This document shows, one piece after another, positions 12,647-25,083 of a DNA stretch of 64,000 nucleotides. Position numbers and translations under genes: made by a program. Below the pieces are notes generated by a model that was not told the origin of the DNA, searched no databases, and saw only the letters and a program-made list of their open reading frames with translations. This DNA is from Octopus vulgaris (Eukaryota): positions 63,240,001 through 63,304,000 of the forward strand of contig OX597830.1 of NCBI GenBank assembly GCA_951406725.2, given 5' to 3'. Every line of letters begins with the position of its first letter. Position 1 is the stretch's first letter.

Positions 12647-14129
12647 ATAATAATTTGGAAATCTGTTAACAACTAGGAAACTGTTAAGGTATATAAAGTG
12701 TTTGTTTGGAGTTGAAACTGAAAACTCCTTTACTACTCTGATGCTCCTGGTTCTATTGTGATCCTCCTTTAAGAATTAGTCAGAGGAATGCAATGGAAGG
12801 AGGGAAAAATTTCCAGAGATGTGACAGTGTGAAGATCCAGCCTTTTGCATCAATGAATAAACTCAACTTTAGTTTTACTTTTACTTCTTGTTTGTACATC
12901 CAAACATTGTGTGCATATGTGTATGTATGTATATATATATATACACACACACAACACAAACATACACTTGTATATGTGTGTATACACATATACACACACA
13001 ATATATATATACACATGTATACATATATACTCATACACACACATGTATAAACTCGTATGCACATATACAAACACACACCTGTATACATATATACACACAC
13101 ACACCTGTATTCATAAACTCATATACATATGTATACTCAGACATGTATATATACTCATATACATATACATACGAATGCTTGACTATTTCTTATGAATACC
13201 TGCACTATCCTTAAGGACAATATAGCTAAGACAAAATGGGAGGTGTGGTATTTTAGCGGAACAATTAGGGTAAAATTTGAATGAGGTTATAGTAACAGAA
13301 GAAGAAAAAATTACATTACCTTGATAGAAAATTTTTGATCAAAATAACAACACACACAGACATTCATACACACAAGATGGTTAGAATTAATTAATTAATC
13401 AAAACATTTGAGATAATCATTGAGAAGATTGGATTAACATGTTGGATTAACAATTTACAGATTTTGCAGGATAAACAACTTTTATTCACCTCCTTGACTT
13501 GTGAATAGCTTTGAAACAAACTAATTAATCGTAGAACTCCACAGAAGGAAAGAAGGAAATATTGCCCAGAAAGTTAAAATATAAGTGTTAAAAATATGTT
13601 TTAAATAAAAATCAAAAGAAAATTCAGGAAGATTCATTAAATATCATCACCATTATCGTTATTATTATTATTATTATTGCTGTGTTTCTTATTTTTAAAA
13701 AATATTGTCACAATGTTGTTGCATGAAAAAAGAATGAAGTGAATAAGCTATTGTGTTGTGCAGAAACACCAGTTATCCTCAGGGGTGCCTGTCCTGACAC
13801 AGGAAGTGAGACTACTGGAAAAGGGGGATGGGCAGAGCAGGAGATTTGAACACTGAATGCCAATGCTCAGTTCCTGCTGACAGCCATGCACTATTATTTA
13901 TACATTCATTATTATTATTATTTTTTTTTTCATTTTGAAATTCACTGGCTCACCTAATGGCCTGGAGTGGGCCATTTGAGATTTTTGGTACCTTTTGCCA
14001 TCAACAGTGTTCAGTGCCAGTAACAAGATTCTCTTGCCCCTTCTACAGAAAAAATCTCATTACACACACAAAAGAAAAAAAGGAAAATCTCACGTAGGTA
14101 CATGACCAGTTTTTTTTTTTTTTGTCTTT

Positions 14130-14454
14130 ATAAGGGAGGATAAAGTAAACTTTGGTGGGATCTGAACTCAGAACTGAGAGAGATAAAACTAAATACTATA
14201 ATGTATTTCGTCTGGTGTGCTGTCTTCTCATTTTCCCTGTTGCACTTAATAATTATCCCTTCGACTATAGGTACAAGGCCTGAAATTTTGAGGGAGGGAG
14301 TTAGGTGATTACACGAACCCCAGCATTTGACTGGTATTTCATTCTATTATCCCTGAAAGGACGAAAGACAGAATTTACAACTAGAATGTAAAGATGGAAG
14401 AAATGCTGTCATACATTTTGTTTGGTGCGGTAACAATTCAATCAGCTTACCACC

Positions 14455-14489
<35 letters not shown>

Positions 14490-15300
14490 CCTTTCTCCTA
14501 TAGGCACAAGGCCTGAAATTTTATGGGGAGGGGGCTAGATGATTACATTGACCCCAGTGATGTACAAGTACTTATTTCATCAACTCCCAAAAGGACAAAC
14601 AGTAAAGTTGGCCTCAGTGGATTTTGAACTCAGAATGTACAGACGAATGAAATGTCGCTAAGCATTTTGTCTGGTGTGCTAATGATTCTGCCAGCTTGCT
14701 GCATTAATGATAATAACAATAAATAATTTCTTATACAGGCACCAGGACAAAGTGTAGAGAAGAAATGGGGTCATATGGTGTTTATTCATGCATTATCATG
14801 TAAATTAAATGCGGCTGGGAATTGATACCAGTTTGTAGACTTGCCCAGCATGAGTATATCTCTGGTTCAAAAATACTTGCTGCTGCCAATAACAACAATA
14901 ATAATGGTTTCTGATTTAGGCACAAGTCCAGTCAGTAATTTAAGTGGGTGGGTGGGTGGGTGGGGGTTTAGTCAATATTGTCGACCCCAGTACTTACCTG
15001 GTACTTTATTTTATCAACTCTGAAGAGATGAAAGGCAAAGTTGACCATGGCAGGATTTGAACTCAGAATGTAAAGAGCTGGAAGAAATAACGTAAGGCAT
15101 TGTTTCCTGCACTCCAACGATTCTGCCAGTTTGCCCGCCCTGGGCGAAGAAACAGTTGATTATATTGACCCTTCCCACCAAGAATGAAAGAGAGGCAAAG
15201 TCGACCTCAACAGGATTTTTGAATTCAGACGTAAAGGGTTGAAACGAAACATACCACAATACATTTTGCCTGTTGCTCTACTGATTTGGCCAATCCACAG
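14130..15300 (-). mobile_element. Cluster of family C SINEs
   Basis: About five partial or complete copies, all in the same orientation. Confidence 0.75.
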
Positions 15301-18300
15301 TTCTTTACAGTAACTGTACAATTGATTCATTTGTTTTAAGAAAAAAAAAAGCCCCTAAAACAAATGGTGGAGGTAATTGAACAGACCAATAATATCTTAA
15401 CTGTGAAGGCACGTGGCTTTGTGGTTAGGGTATTTAGCTAATGATTGTAAGGTCATGGGTTTGATACCCGGTGGCACAATATTGTCCTTGAGCAAGACAC
15501 TTTATTTCACATTGCTCCAGTTCACTCAGCTGGCAAAAATGAGTTGTACCTGTGATTCAAAGGGGCAGCCTTGCCACATTCTGTGTCACACTGAATCTCT
15601 TTGAGAACTATGTTAAAGGTTATGCGTCTCTGTGGAGTGCTCAGCCACTTGCAAGTGAATTTCATGAGCAGGCTGTTCCGTTGATTGGATCAACTGGAAC
15701 CCTCGTCCTCGTAACTGATAGAGTACCAGTAATATCCTAATTGGTAATTATTTTATTGAGCATGGATGGATGAAGGGTGGAAAACAACCACCTACTGGAC
15801 TTGAACTCAGTATTACAAGTTAACGAACTAGCGTCAATCCCAGCATTCTACTGTCATAGTCGTCTTCAGTGATATGGTTATGTGGTCATACTGATTTAAC
15901 CCTTAGACTCAAACAGGAAAGATTACAGCTTACAGGAATGACAAACTGGTATTTATTCTACTGACCATGGAAGGCTGAAAGGTAAAGTTGACCGGACAGG
16001 ATCTGATCCAAAGAAACAAAACTATGAGGCATTTAGTTTACTTCTCTCTCATTTCTGCCAATCCAAAACTGCCCACTCACCACCTCCCTGTTGCCCTCCT
16101 AATGTTAATGAATTTTTGTTGAAAATAGATCTTTTTTAAAAAAAAATCAACTGTGTCATTAATGATTAAGTTTCATAATAATATCATCCTCAGAATTACT
16201 ATGTGCATAAGAAAGTAAGATGGGGTGGGTAAAATGAAACAATTATTATGAACACAGGGGTTAGTCTATGTGTGTGTGTGTGTGTATACTCATGCATGTA
16301 TACATATTTAAGTGAATTCTAACCTGCCTGCAGGAGAATTCTTGTGGAGGTGTTTTAAAAAAACATTGGATTTAAAAAAAAAAATGTTGATTAAATTTTC
16401 GTTTCTTTCTTTTTTTGATAGTTTGTTCCATCTTATAAAGACAACAATCAAACTTGCTATTTAATAATGATAATAATAATAATGGTAATAATAATCATAA
16501 TAATAATAATAGTGGTAATAGTATTAGGAGAAGTAATAATAGTGGTGGTGTTGGTGGTGATGATGACAAATGATGATAATGATGACGGGAATTTCATACA
16601 TAGGCATGTAACCTCAGATTTATAAGTAGAAAGGGGAATTTTTTAAAGTGTTGTGATGTTCATGCCTTTCACACAAGGTGCTTTTAGCACAAGTGAAACA
16701 AACATTTCCAAGTGGAAAAATGATAAATTAGGCATTTTATTTATACTTCATCGACAAACTTAACCAGTGCAAAGCATGTCAGTTTCCTAATGAAAACGAT
16801 GATAATAATAATAAGAACCAGAAATCTAATTATAATAGTATAATTCATGAGAATTTATATATATATATATATATATACACAAATATATATATATATGTAT
16901 ATATATATATACATACAAATATATATAAATCAACATAAGAAAAAAAGAAATGCACAAAAAAAAAGAGAAAAAGACCCAATAGTTTTCTTTTTCTTCTGCT
17001 TTTAAACTCAATGTTTTTTTTCTAAAAAAAACCCATATAAGATCTAAACTTATTTCTCACAGACTTCAAAAAAAAAAAAAAAAAGGGAGCAAGGAGGCTA
17101 GTTGGGGGCAGGGCAGGTAGGGCTGGGGTGGCGGTCAAGGGAATAAAATAATTTGCAATGAACCATAAACTTGCTTAAATTACATGGTGGGGGTGGCGAG
17201 TGAGAGGTGGGGATGGAGTGGGGGTGGGGTGGAGTGGGGGTGGGGTGGAGTGGGACGCTCAACATGAGCGAGAAACATATGTCTAGGGAAAGGACAAATG
17301 ACATTTTTTTAATTTTATATTTTTTTTTCTGATCTGATCATCACAATCGAGAGAAAGAGAGAGAAAAAGAGAAATCCCAACATTTTAAAAAACCTATTAA
17401 TAATAATAGTAAAAAAAACAAATAAAAAAAAAAGAGAGGAGTTGAGCAGAAAGGATTTGTCAGGGTGGGGGGGATGGTAGGTGGGGCGGGCAGTGGCTCA
17501 TAAAAGTAATCTCAGAAAAATTCTGCTGGGTCCTTTTTCTTTCTCTGTTTTGAAAGGTTGAGCGAAGGGTTAATAAAAGAAGCAAAAAAAAAAGGATTAA
17601 GAGGAAGAAAGAGATGCATTGAATAATGCCTGGGAAAAGTGGCGGGAGAAATTCCATGAGTATTTGTTTTTTGTTGCATGTGTGTTTATGAAAGTATATT
17701 GTATTTGTTAGTGAAGAAATTCAGAATGTAGAATATGGTGCAAACTGCTTTCTTTTGTCACTCACTACCCCCATACACACCCAGGCCAACTCTACTGATA
17801 TATACAGTTTCTTTTTTTTTTTTTTTGCTAAAAAAAAGGTGCCTACAATGAGAAAAATATTAACATAAAAATCAAACTTCAAAAAAAAGGAGAAAGATTT
17901 TAGTCGAACTTTTCAAAGTTGGATTTGTTTAGAAAATAAATTTCCAGCGTTATCATAATAATAATAATTTTACTAACATTAAATAATTTTTTTTTCTTTT
18001 TGTACAATATAGGCCTCTTAAAGCCCGAGATTGTAAGGGGAGAGGAGGGGAGAAAAAATGGGAAGTTGTCACAATCATGCTTTTTCCAATGGCATCGGTA
18101 ATGTAAGTGAAATGAAGCAGTTCTGTTCTAAATGGGAATCAAAACTAGGTTGCAGCCTGAGCTCACCAGCAGCTGAATGCTGCACTACAGCACCAGCCAC
18201 AATAATAAGTGTAGTAGGAGTAGTAGTCAGTAGTAGTAATAATAAGAGATGAATTGAGTTACTTAGTAAGAGATGAACTGAGTTACAAAGATATTAATAC

Positions 18301-19084
18301 CTGTGATTTTGTTTTTTATATTGTGTATGTGCATATACACATATTCATAAACACACACACACATACACATAGATATATGTGTCACTGTGTATATTTTAGA
18401 GAAAAATCCCTCTCATACAAGTGGTATTGTAATTAAAGCACAAAAGTCCATTTAAGAAATTTCATTTTTCAGATAAAAAGGTAAAAATATTAAACATAAA
18501 AGACAATAACAGCCTGTAAACACTTCTTGGTTTGTGGTGGTAGGTTTCAGGAACAAAAAAAAATTTCCAATTTCCTCCCAAAAGATGTTTCTATCAGTCA
18601 AAGCCACATATATCCGATTTTCAAACAAACAAGCATTTGGCATTATGTAGTCAAGTGTGGCTAAAAAATATTAATAAATGTTTAGAGAGAGAGAGACACA
18701 TGACACACACACAGGTGCCACATGGACACTTCATCACCACTGTCTCTCACCTTGCTGATACATCTGATATTCATTCTTACTCTCTCTCTCCTAAATGTGA
18801 GAAGCCATGTAGTTCTTCTACAACAAGAACCTGCTCTACTTCATCCTTTTCCCTCATATCTTAACCTCCATCTAGCATACAGAGGCAACATCCTCCTTTC
18901 CTGGGTATGGTGACTTGTGAGCTACATGGTGAGCTCAATAGTGCCAGTGGCACGAAAAAGAAAAAAAAACAGTTGTAGAAATCATGCCAGAGGAGATATT
19001 GGTGTATAGGTCAGGCCTTGACTTACTGGATCCTTGTCAAACTGTCCAACCCGTACCTGCATGGAACATGGACATTAAATGATG

Positions 19085-19163
<79 letters not shown>

Positions 19164-21378
19164 TATATATAAAATCATTTAACATCCACTCTCTATGATG
19201 TTATCGGATGAATAGCCAAACAGGATCCAATGAGTTGAAAGACTATGTCATGCTCCAGTGTCTGTTTTGGCATGGTTCTATAAGTGGATGCCCTTCCTAA
19301 CATCAGATGTACATGTGTATATGTGCCTCTGTATGTATATATTACGTATGCACACACACAATATTCACTGTATTTAAGATACAGCTGAGTTTATTAAATC
19401 ACTGTCATTGCTGCCTGATGAGGCGTTAGAAACCAGGCTCAACAGATTTTCATCCGTTAAACCAAATTGGCCAAACTAAATGAAAATTACAGTACCCCAA
19501 ATACATATGTGCATACGTTGTGTGAAATACATACACATTTAATATTAGTTTCAAATTCTGGCACAAGGCCAGCGGTTTTGGGGGAACGGGCTAAGTCAAT
19601 TACATTGATTCCAGTGTTCAATTGGTACTTATTTCATTGCCCCTCAAAGGATGAAAGGCAAAGTTGACCTGGGTGCTATTTGAACTCACAACGTAAAGAC
19701 AGAGGGAATGCAGCTGAGCATTTTGCCTGGCATTCAAATACTGCAACCAGCTCACTGCCTCACATGCGTATATATAATATTACACAGCATGTTAGAGAAA
19801 GAATGAAACATTTAAAAAGTTTTATATTCAATACCTGACAGGTAGACAGACCAAAATACATAATTCCGATTAATTAAATACATCCCACTGTATAGTACAC
19901 ACATACTTGATGTACAAGTACTTGACAGTGGACACTGTCCAAAGCAACTGCTCATAAAGTGTAGTAAATGCTCCAGAGACATTTCTAGCTTTCAATGGCT
20001 ACATCAGTCTTTATTTTGTGTTTTTCATTGGAAAAAAAACCAAAAAAAACTTGACTACTATTATTTATTTTTTCTTCATTGCAAATCCTTTGAAAACGAG
20101 TGACACTGATTGATATCTCACACTTAACTTCGCACCCCCCTCATTACCATCCAATCTGATCCATTCATCACGACCACCACCATTAAAACCAACAAATGTA
20201 CATGTATTCTGGAAAGACTTAATGAACTCATCGATTGGACTTGTGGATCATTTCTTACCAACACCACACAGACGTATGCACACACACAGCCACACACAAA
20301 TATATACATATATGTGTATGTATAAACACACACTTATAATATACACGTTTATTCGGATAAATACACAACTGGGCAAGCCCGTAGACTTTTTAAATCTCAA
20401 TCTAAAAATCTGTAAGCTTAAATTGCAGAGGCATATTATTGGGGACTGGGGAGAGGGATATAAGAATGGTCACAAGTTATGTTTTATTTATTTATCATTC
20501 CCCCCCTCCCCAAGTTTACTAAAATGGAGGTTTAAAATCGCCAAGAAATACCAATCAATTATATGTTATATAGGTTTTAGTTAGCGGTGTTTTTTTTTTG
20601 TATAATTTTATTCTTTTTTTAAGAAGAAAAAATGGAGAAGAACTGCAGTTTATAATATAATGGAATCAAGATGGCTGTCTAACATTGTGGACATATTGAG
20701 ATCAAATGATTCCCGACAAAAGGGGAGAGAGAGAGAGAGGGGTGGGGGAGAGAAGGAGGTCGAACATTTTTGATTTAAAAAGATGTCTGTGTTGTTCTTT
20801 TTGTTTCTTCTTCCCTAATAAAGAGTTTCATTGGTTATTAGAGGTAATTCAAAAGTAGTTGTGTAGACGAGAAAATATCAAGCCAGGAAGCTTGATTTTT
20901 TTCTTCTCATTTTTCTTTTTCTTCTAAACAAAAAAAAAAAAATTAGGGCCTTTATTTTATTAACAAGGTGTGTTAAAATAGATGTGTGTATGTGTGAGAG
21001 AGAGAGATGGGGGTGGGGCTAAAGTGAGAGTGTGTGAAACACAAATAATACTTAGGGTCTAGGGGTTTTTGCAAACCATTAACTCCACATTGTTTTAAAG
21101 GATTCTCTTCTCTCTCCACAAAGAATGAGGCCAATAGTGAGTGAACCCTCACTTCTGCAATATTATTCAAACAGTTAACATCTCAAAAAATATAGACAAG
21201 GAAAGAAAAAACAAAACAAGGCATTAAGAATTAGAAAAACAATTTTTTTTACCTAATTGAAAAAAAAAAACACAATAATAATAAATAAAAAAAGTTTCGT
21301 GAGGTCTTTTTTTTTGTAAAAAAAAATTTCTCCTTTTAAATCAACATTCTTTTTTTCTTTTTTTAAAACGAAGTTGTT

Positions 21379-21453
<75 letters not shown>

Positions 21454-21689
21454 AAATAATGTTTTAAAAAGTTATGAATTGTTGTCCTTTAAACCTCTGT
21501 CCTTTTTTTTTCTTGTTGCAATCAATCACCTCCAGCAGAGGTGATTGACAAAATATTCAAAGAAAAAACGGATTTCCTTGTCTTAAGTTCGTTAAGTTTC
21601 ATTTGCATTTTTTTTTTCAGTTTTGTTTTGTTTTGTATCATCTCAGTGATAATTAGGAAAAAAGGAGGGGAGGAAGGAGGAATAAATGC

Positions 21690-21727
<38 letters not shown>

Positions 21728-22185
21728 TTTTAATAATAATAAGCCCAAATTGTATATAAAATCAGAATTTTTTTTACATTAATTAAAAAATATATCTAAA
21801 AAGAAAAAAAAACAAACACCCCAGGAAAAAACTGCAACATCAACGGCAACAACAACAACAACAACATTATCACATAAAGTACCTCTATGCTAATTTTTTT
21901 TTCCTTATTTCTTCCTTTTTTTTTTCATCGTTTTCTTTTGTTATTGCAGTCTTTATATATTGCAATAGAGAAACTATAACTAGAAAAAAAAGAGAAGGTG
22001 AGACAGAGAAATGTGTTAGGAGAGAGAGAGAGAGAGCAGTGGGGGTAGTGTCTAAGAGGAGGGTAGACCGTGGTGACAGGAAAGAATGAGCTTGGGTAAT
22101 GTCCGAGAGAAAGAGAGTTGCAAAAGGTATGGGGTGTTACATAAGAAACAAAGAGAGCGAAAGAGACCTGGAGGAGTGTGGTAAG

Positions 22186-22230
<45 letters not shown>

Positions 22231-22268
22231 AAAAGGAGATGTGGAACACGAGTTGTGATATATAAAAT

Positions 22269-22495
22269 AGGAAATGAAGAAAATGCTGACAAAATAATTT
22301 AAGTAATTTAAGTTATTTAATTAGGTGAAAGTTCTTTTTACGGTTGCGCATTTGTTATGCTTATCAAAAGTTTTTTCCTCTTATCTGATAAGAGGAAAAA
22401 ACTTTTGATAAGCATAACAAATGCGCAACCGGTAAAAAGAACTTTCACCTAATTAAATTACTTAAATTATTTTGTCAGCATTTTCTTCATTTCCT
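22269..22495. repeat. Near-perfect palindrome (arms about 108 bp, 1-nt spacer at 22386) with degenerate hammerhead cores
   Basis: aggaaatgaagaaaatgctgac...ttatc-t-gataa...gtcagcattttcttcatttcct; flanked by TA tracts. Confidence 0.9.
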
Positions 22496-22894
22496 TTTAT
22501 ATATACATATATATATATATAGGGAGAGAGAGAGAGAGAGAGGTGTCTTAGAGAAGTGGACACATAAATAATAACTAAATGAATAAGTCACCTTAGAACT
22601 TAACAGCTAAAACACTGATTATGACATCAACAAGTTTGATAACAAGATGCCTGCAGTCTATTGGACAGGAGTGAAGGAGGAGGCAAATGATGTGGACAGA
22701 ATCATCCGCTATCATCATCATCATCATCGTCGTCGTCGTCATCATTATCAACGTCGTCCATTACCAGGAGTGATGGTATGTTTTGCCCTTCGAGCCAGTC
22801 TCATGTCTCACAGTCCAGTCATGAAGTTGTTGTTGTTGTTGTTGGTAGCAGTGATGCTAAAGGGTGTTGTTGTTGTTGTTGTTGTTGTAGTCGT

Positions 22895-23190
22895 TTAGCC
22901 CAAGGTCAAGCCTGATTGAGTAGACCTATAAAGACATTCCAGCCACAACCATTCTGTATTTTTAGCAGGCTATGCGGGACGATCTTATCCAAAGTGTCCT
23001 TCTCTTTACCAAAGGGATATTTGGCTGCTAATTCTACAATGTCAAGCGATGACACAGAGGCTATCCAATATGTCCTTCTCTCTACCAAAGGGAGATTTGA
23101 CTGTTGTTTCTATTAAGTGATGATATAAAGGTTATGCATTGTTCTCTTTATCAAAAGGGGACTTGGCTGTTGCTTCTAGTAAGTGACCAC
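22895..23190 (-). repeat. Repeat fragment with a triplicated unit (aaggga.atttggctg.t..ttcta)
   Basis: Motif recurs at about 23012, 23089 and 23156; its reverse complement occurs near 2355-2380. Confidence 0.55.
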
Positions 23191-23399
23191 ATAACAGTTC
23201 CCTTGTTTTTGTTCTTGTTAGATGTCTTCTCACAGATGACGATGATGATGATGATTCCTTCACAGCTGTACATAAGTAGGTAGGTAGGTAGGTAGGTAGG
23301 TGGCAGTTTACAGTAAAAAGAGGAAGAAAGACAACAATAATAGTAATAACAGAGACAATGAGTGGTGACAAAAAGGATGTCAAAGGCTACAGAGGGATT

Positions 23400-23726
23400 A
23401 GTGGTTGCAGTAAGAGTAGGGTGGTCGTGGTGGTAGTAGTGTGGTGGTGATGGGGAGGGACAACCTCTAACATAGTAGTAGTAGTAATAGTAGTAGTAGT
23501 AATAATAGTAGTCGAAGTAGAAGTAGTAGTGTGCAGCACAGGTGGTAGTAGTAGTAGTAGTAAGAGTAGTAGTAGAAGTAGTAGTAATGGTAGTGGTGGT
23601 GGTGGAGGCAACAGCTCGTCAGCCCAAATAAATTATGCCTGTAGTATTTTTACATTGTGTATGTTTGTATGTGTGTGTGTATATATATATTTGTGTATGT
23701 GTGTGAGAGAAAGAGAGTGTGTGTGA

Positions 23727-23757
<31 letters not shown>

Positions 23758-23782
23758 CACATATATATATATATACACACAT

Positions 23783-23820
<38 letters not shown>
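23400..23820. repeat. (GTA)n/(GTG)n trinucleotide and (TG)/(TA)/(CA) dinucleotide tracts directly after the JNK stop
   Basis: Direct inspection. Confidence 0.9.
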
Positions 23821-23822
<2 letters not shown>

Positions 23823-23825
23823 CAG

Positions 23826-23899
23826 TCACCGATGCCTGTTCTGACCTGGAGAGCCTGTTGCTACACTGTCCTTAGGGGCAGAGTCATTTGTTGGTCCAT
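23826..23899 (-). CDS. JNK: Probable JNK terminal coding exon: (D)GPTNDSAPKDSVATGSPGQNRHR*
   Basis: Long polypyrimidine tract and tttcag|AT acceptor at 23900-23901. Phase 1 matches the 46661 donor and the frame is open to TGA at 23826-23828. Island of complex sequence among microsatellites; the peptide itself is not recognisably conserved. Confidence 0.75.
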
Positions 23900-23977
23900 C
23901 TGAAATGAAAGAAGAAAAAAAAAATATATACAAATATCATATATATATACATACAACGAAAATAGTACAATTTATAC

Positions 23978-24724
23978 TAGTGGTTCTCAACCAGGGTTCA
24001 TATGAGATTTTAGGGGATCCAGGCAACAAAATAGTAAATCGGAGACCCACAATAGTATTTTAAGGGCTCCTGGAAAAATTTTTGCCTTAGATGTATAGAT
24101 TGCAAGCTTAACTTACACAATATGTGAATAACAATATTGGAATTTTGAAAAAAGTTTCTGTGGTAAGTAGCTTGCTAAACAACCACATGGTTCCGGGTTC
24201 AGTCCCACTGCGTGGCATCTTGGGCAAGTGTCTTCTGCTATAGCCCTGGGCCGACCAAAGCCTTGTGAGTGGATTTGGTAGACGGAAACTGAAAGAAGCC
24301 TGTCGTATATATGTATATATATATATCATGGCCGATCATGGCCGTTTGCCAGCCTCGTCTGGCACCTGTGCCGATGACACGTAAAAAGCACCCACTACAC
24401 TCCCGGAGTGGTTGGCGTTAGGAAGGGCATCCAGCCGTAGAAACATTGCTAGATCAGACTGGGCCTGGTGCAGCCTTCTGGCTTCCCAGACCCCAGTTGA
24501 ACCGTCCAACCCATGCTAGCATGGAAAATGGACGTTAAACGATGATGATGATGATACACACACACACTTACACCATCTTTAGAGTTAGATTTATGAATTA
24601 TCATCCATGTTAAGATAGTTTAGTTGCAACACTTCACTCACCACTTAGGGGGGTGCTAGGCATAATAACTACTTAAAAGGAGGGTGGGGGCACTACAAAA
24701 ACAAAAAAAGGTTAAGCAGCACTG
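23978..24724. mobile_element. hAT-like MITE with nested SINE A and family B insertions
   Basis: Termini tagtggttctcaacc / ggttaagcagcactg resemble Charlie-type TIRs; the two ends may belong to different copies. Confidence 0.45.
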
Positions 24725-25042
24725 TACGAAACTAGGTGTTCTGCCAAGACAGCACTGGGTGACAGGATCAGCACAGTTCTACAAATGTATCGGGCAATAT
24801 CTAAATCGCATCCCTTTTATTTTCAGAGCTCAAGTCTTGCTAAGGGTTGACTTGTTCTTTTATTCATCATGGATGAATAAAAATAAGTATTATTATCAAT
24901 TAAATTGATTAAATCCAAAGTCTAATCCATTATTATCATTATCATTGTTGCTATTTATTATTAGTGTTAATGCTATGCACAAGTAGGCAACATTCAGGAT
25001 AGAACAACTGTAGTGCATGTGCATATTCTAGACCGCATTAGC

Positions 25043-25083
<41 letters not shown>

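Larger units (their letters stand above)
20940..23825 (-). other. Presumptive JNK 3' UTR (minimum guess; true end unknown)
   Basis: Follows the TGA; U-rich and microsatellite-rich on the minus strand; overlapping AATAAA motifs (minus) at about 20951-20961. Confidence 0.45.
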
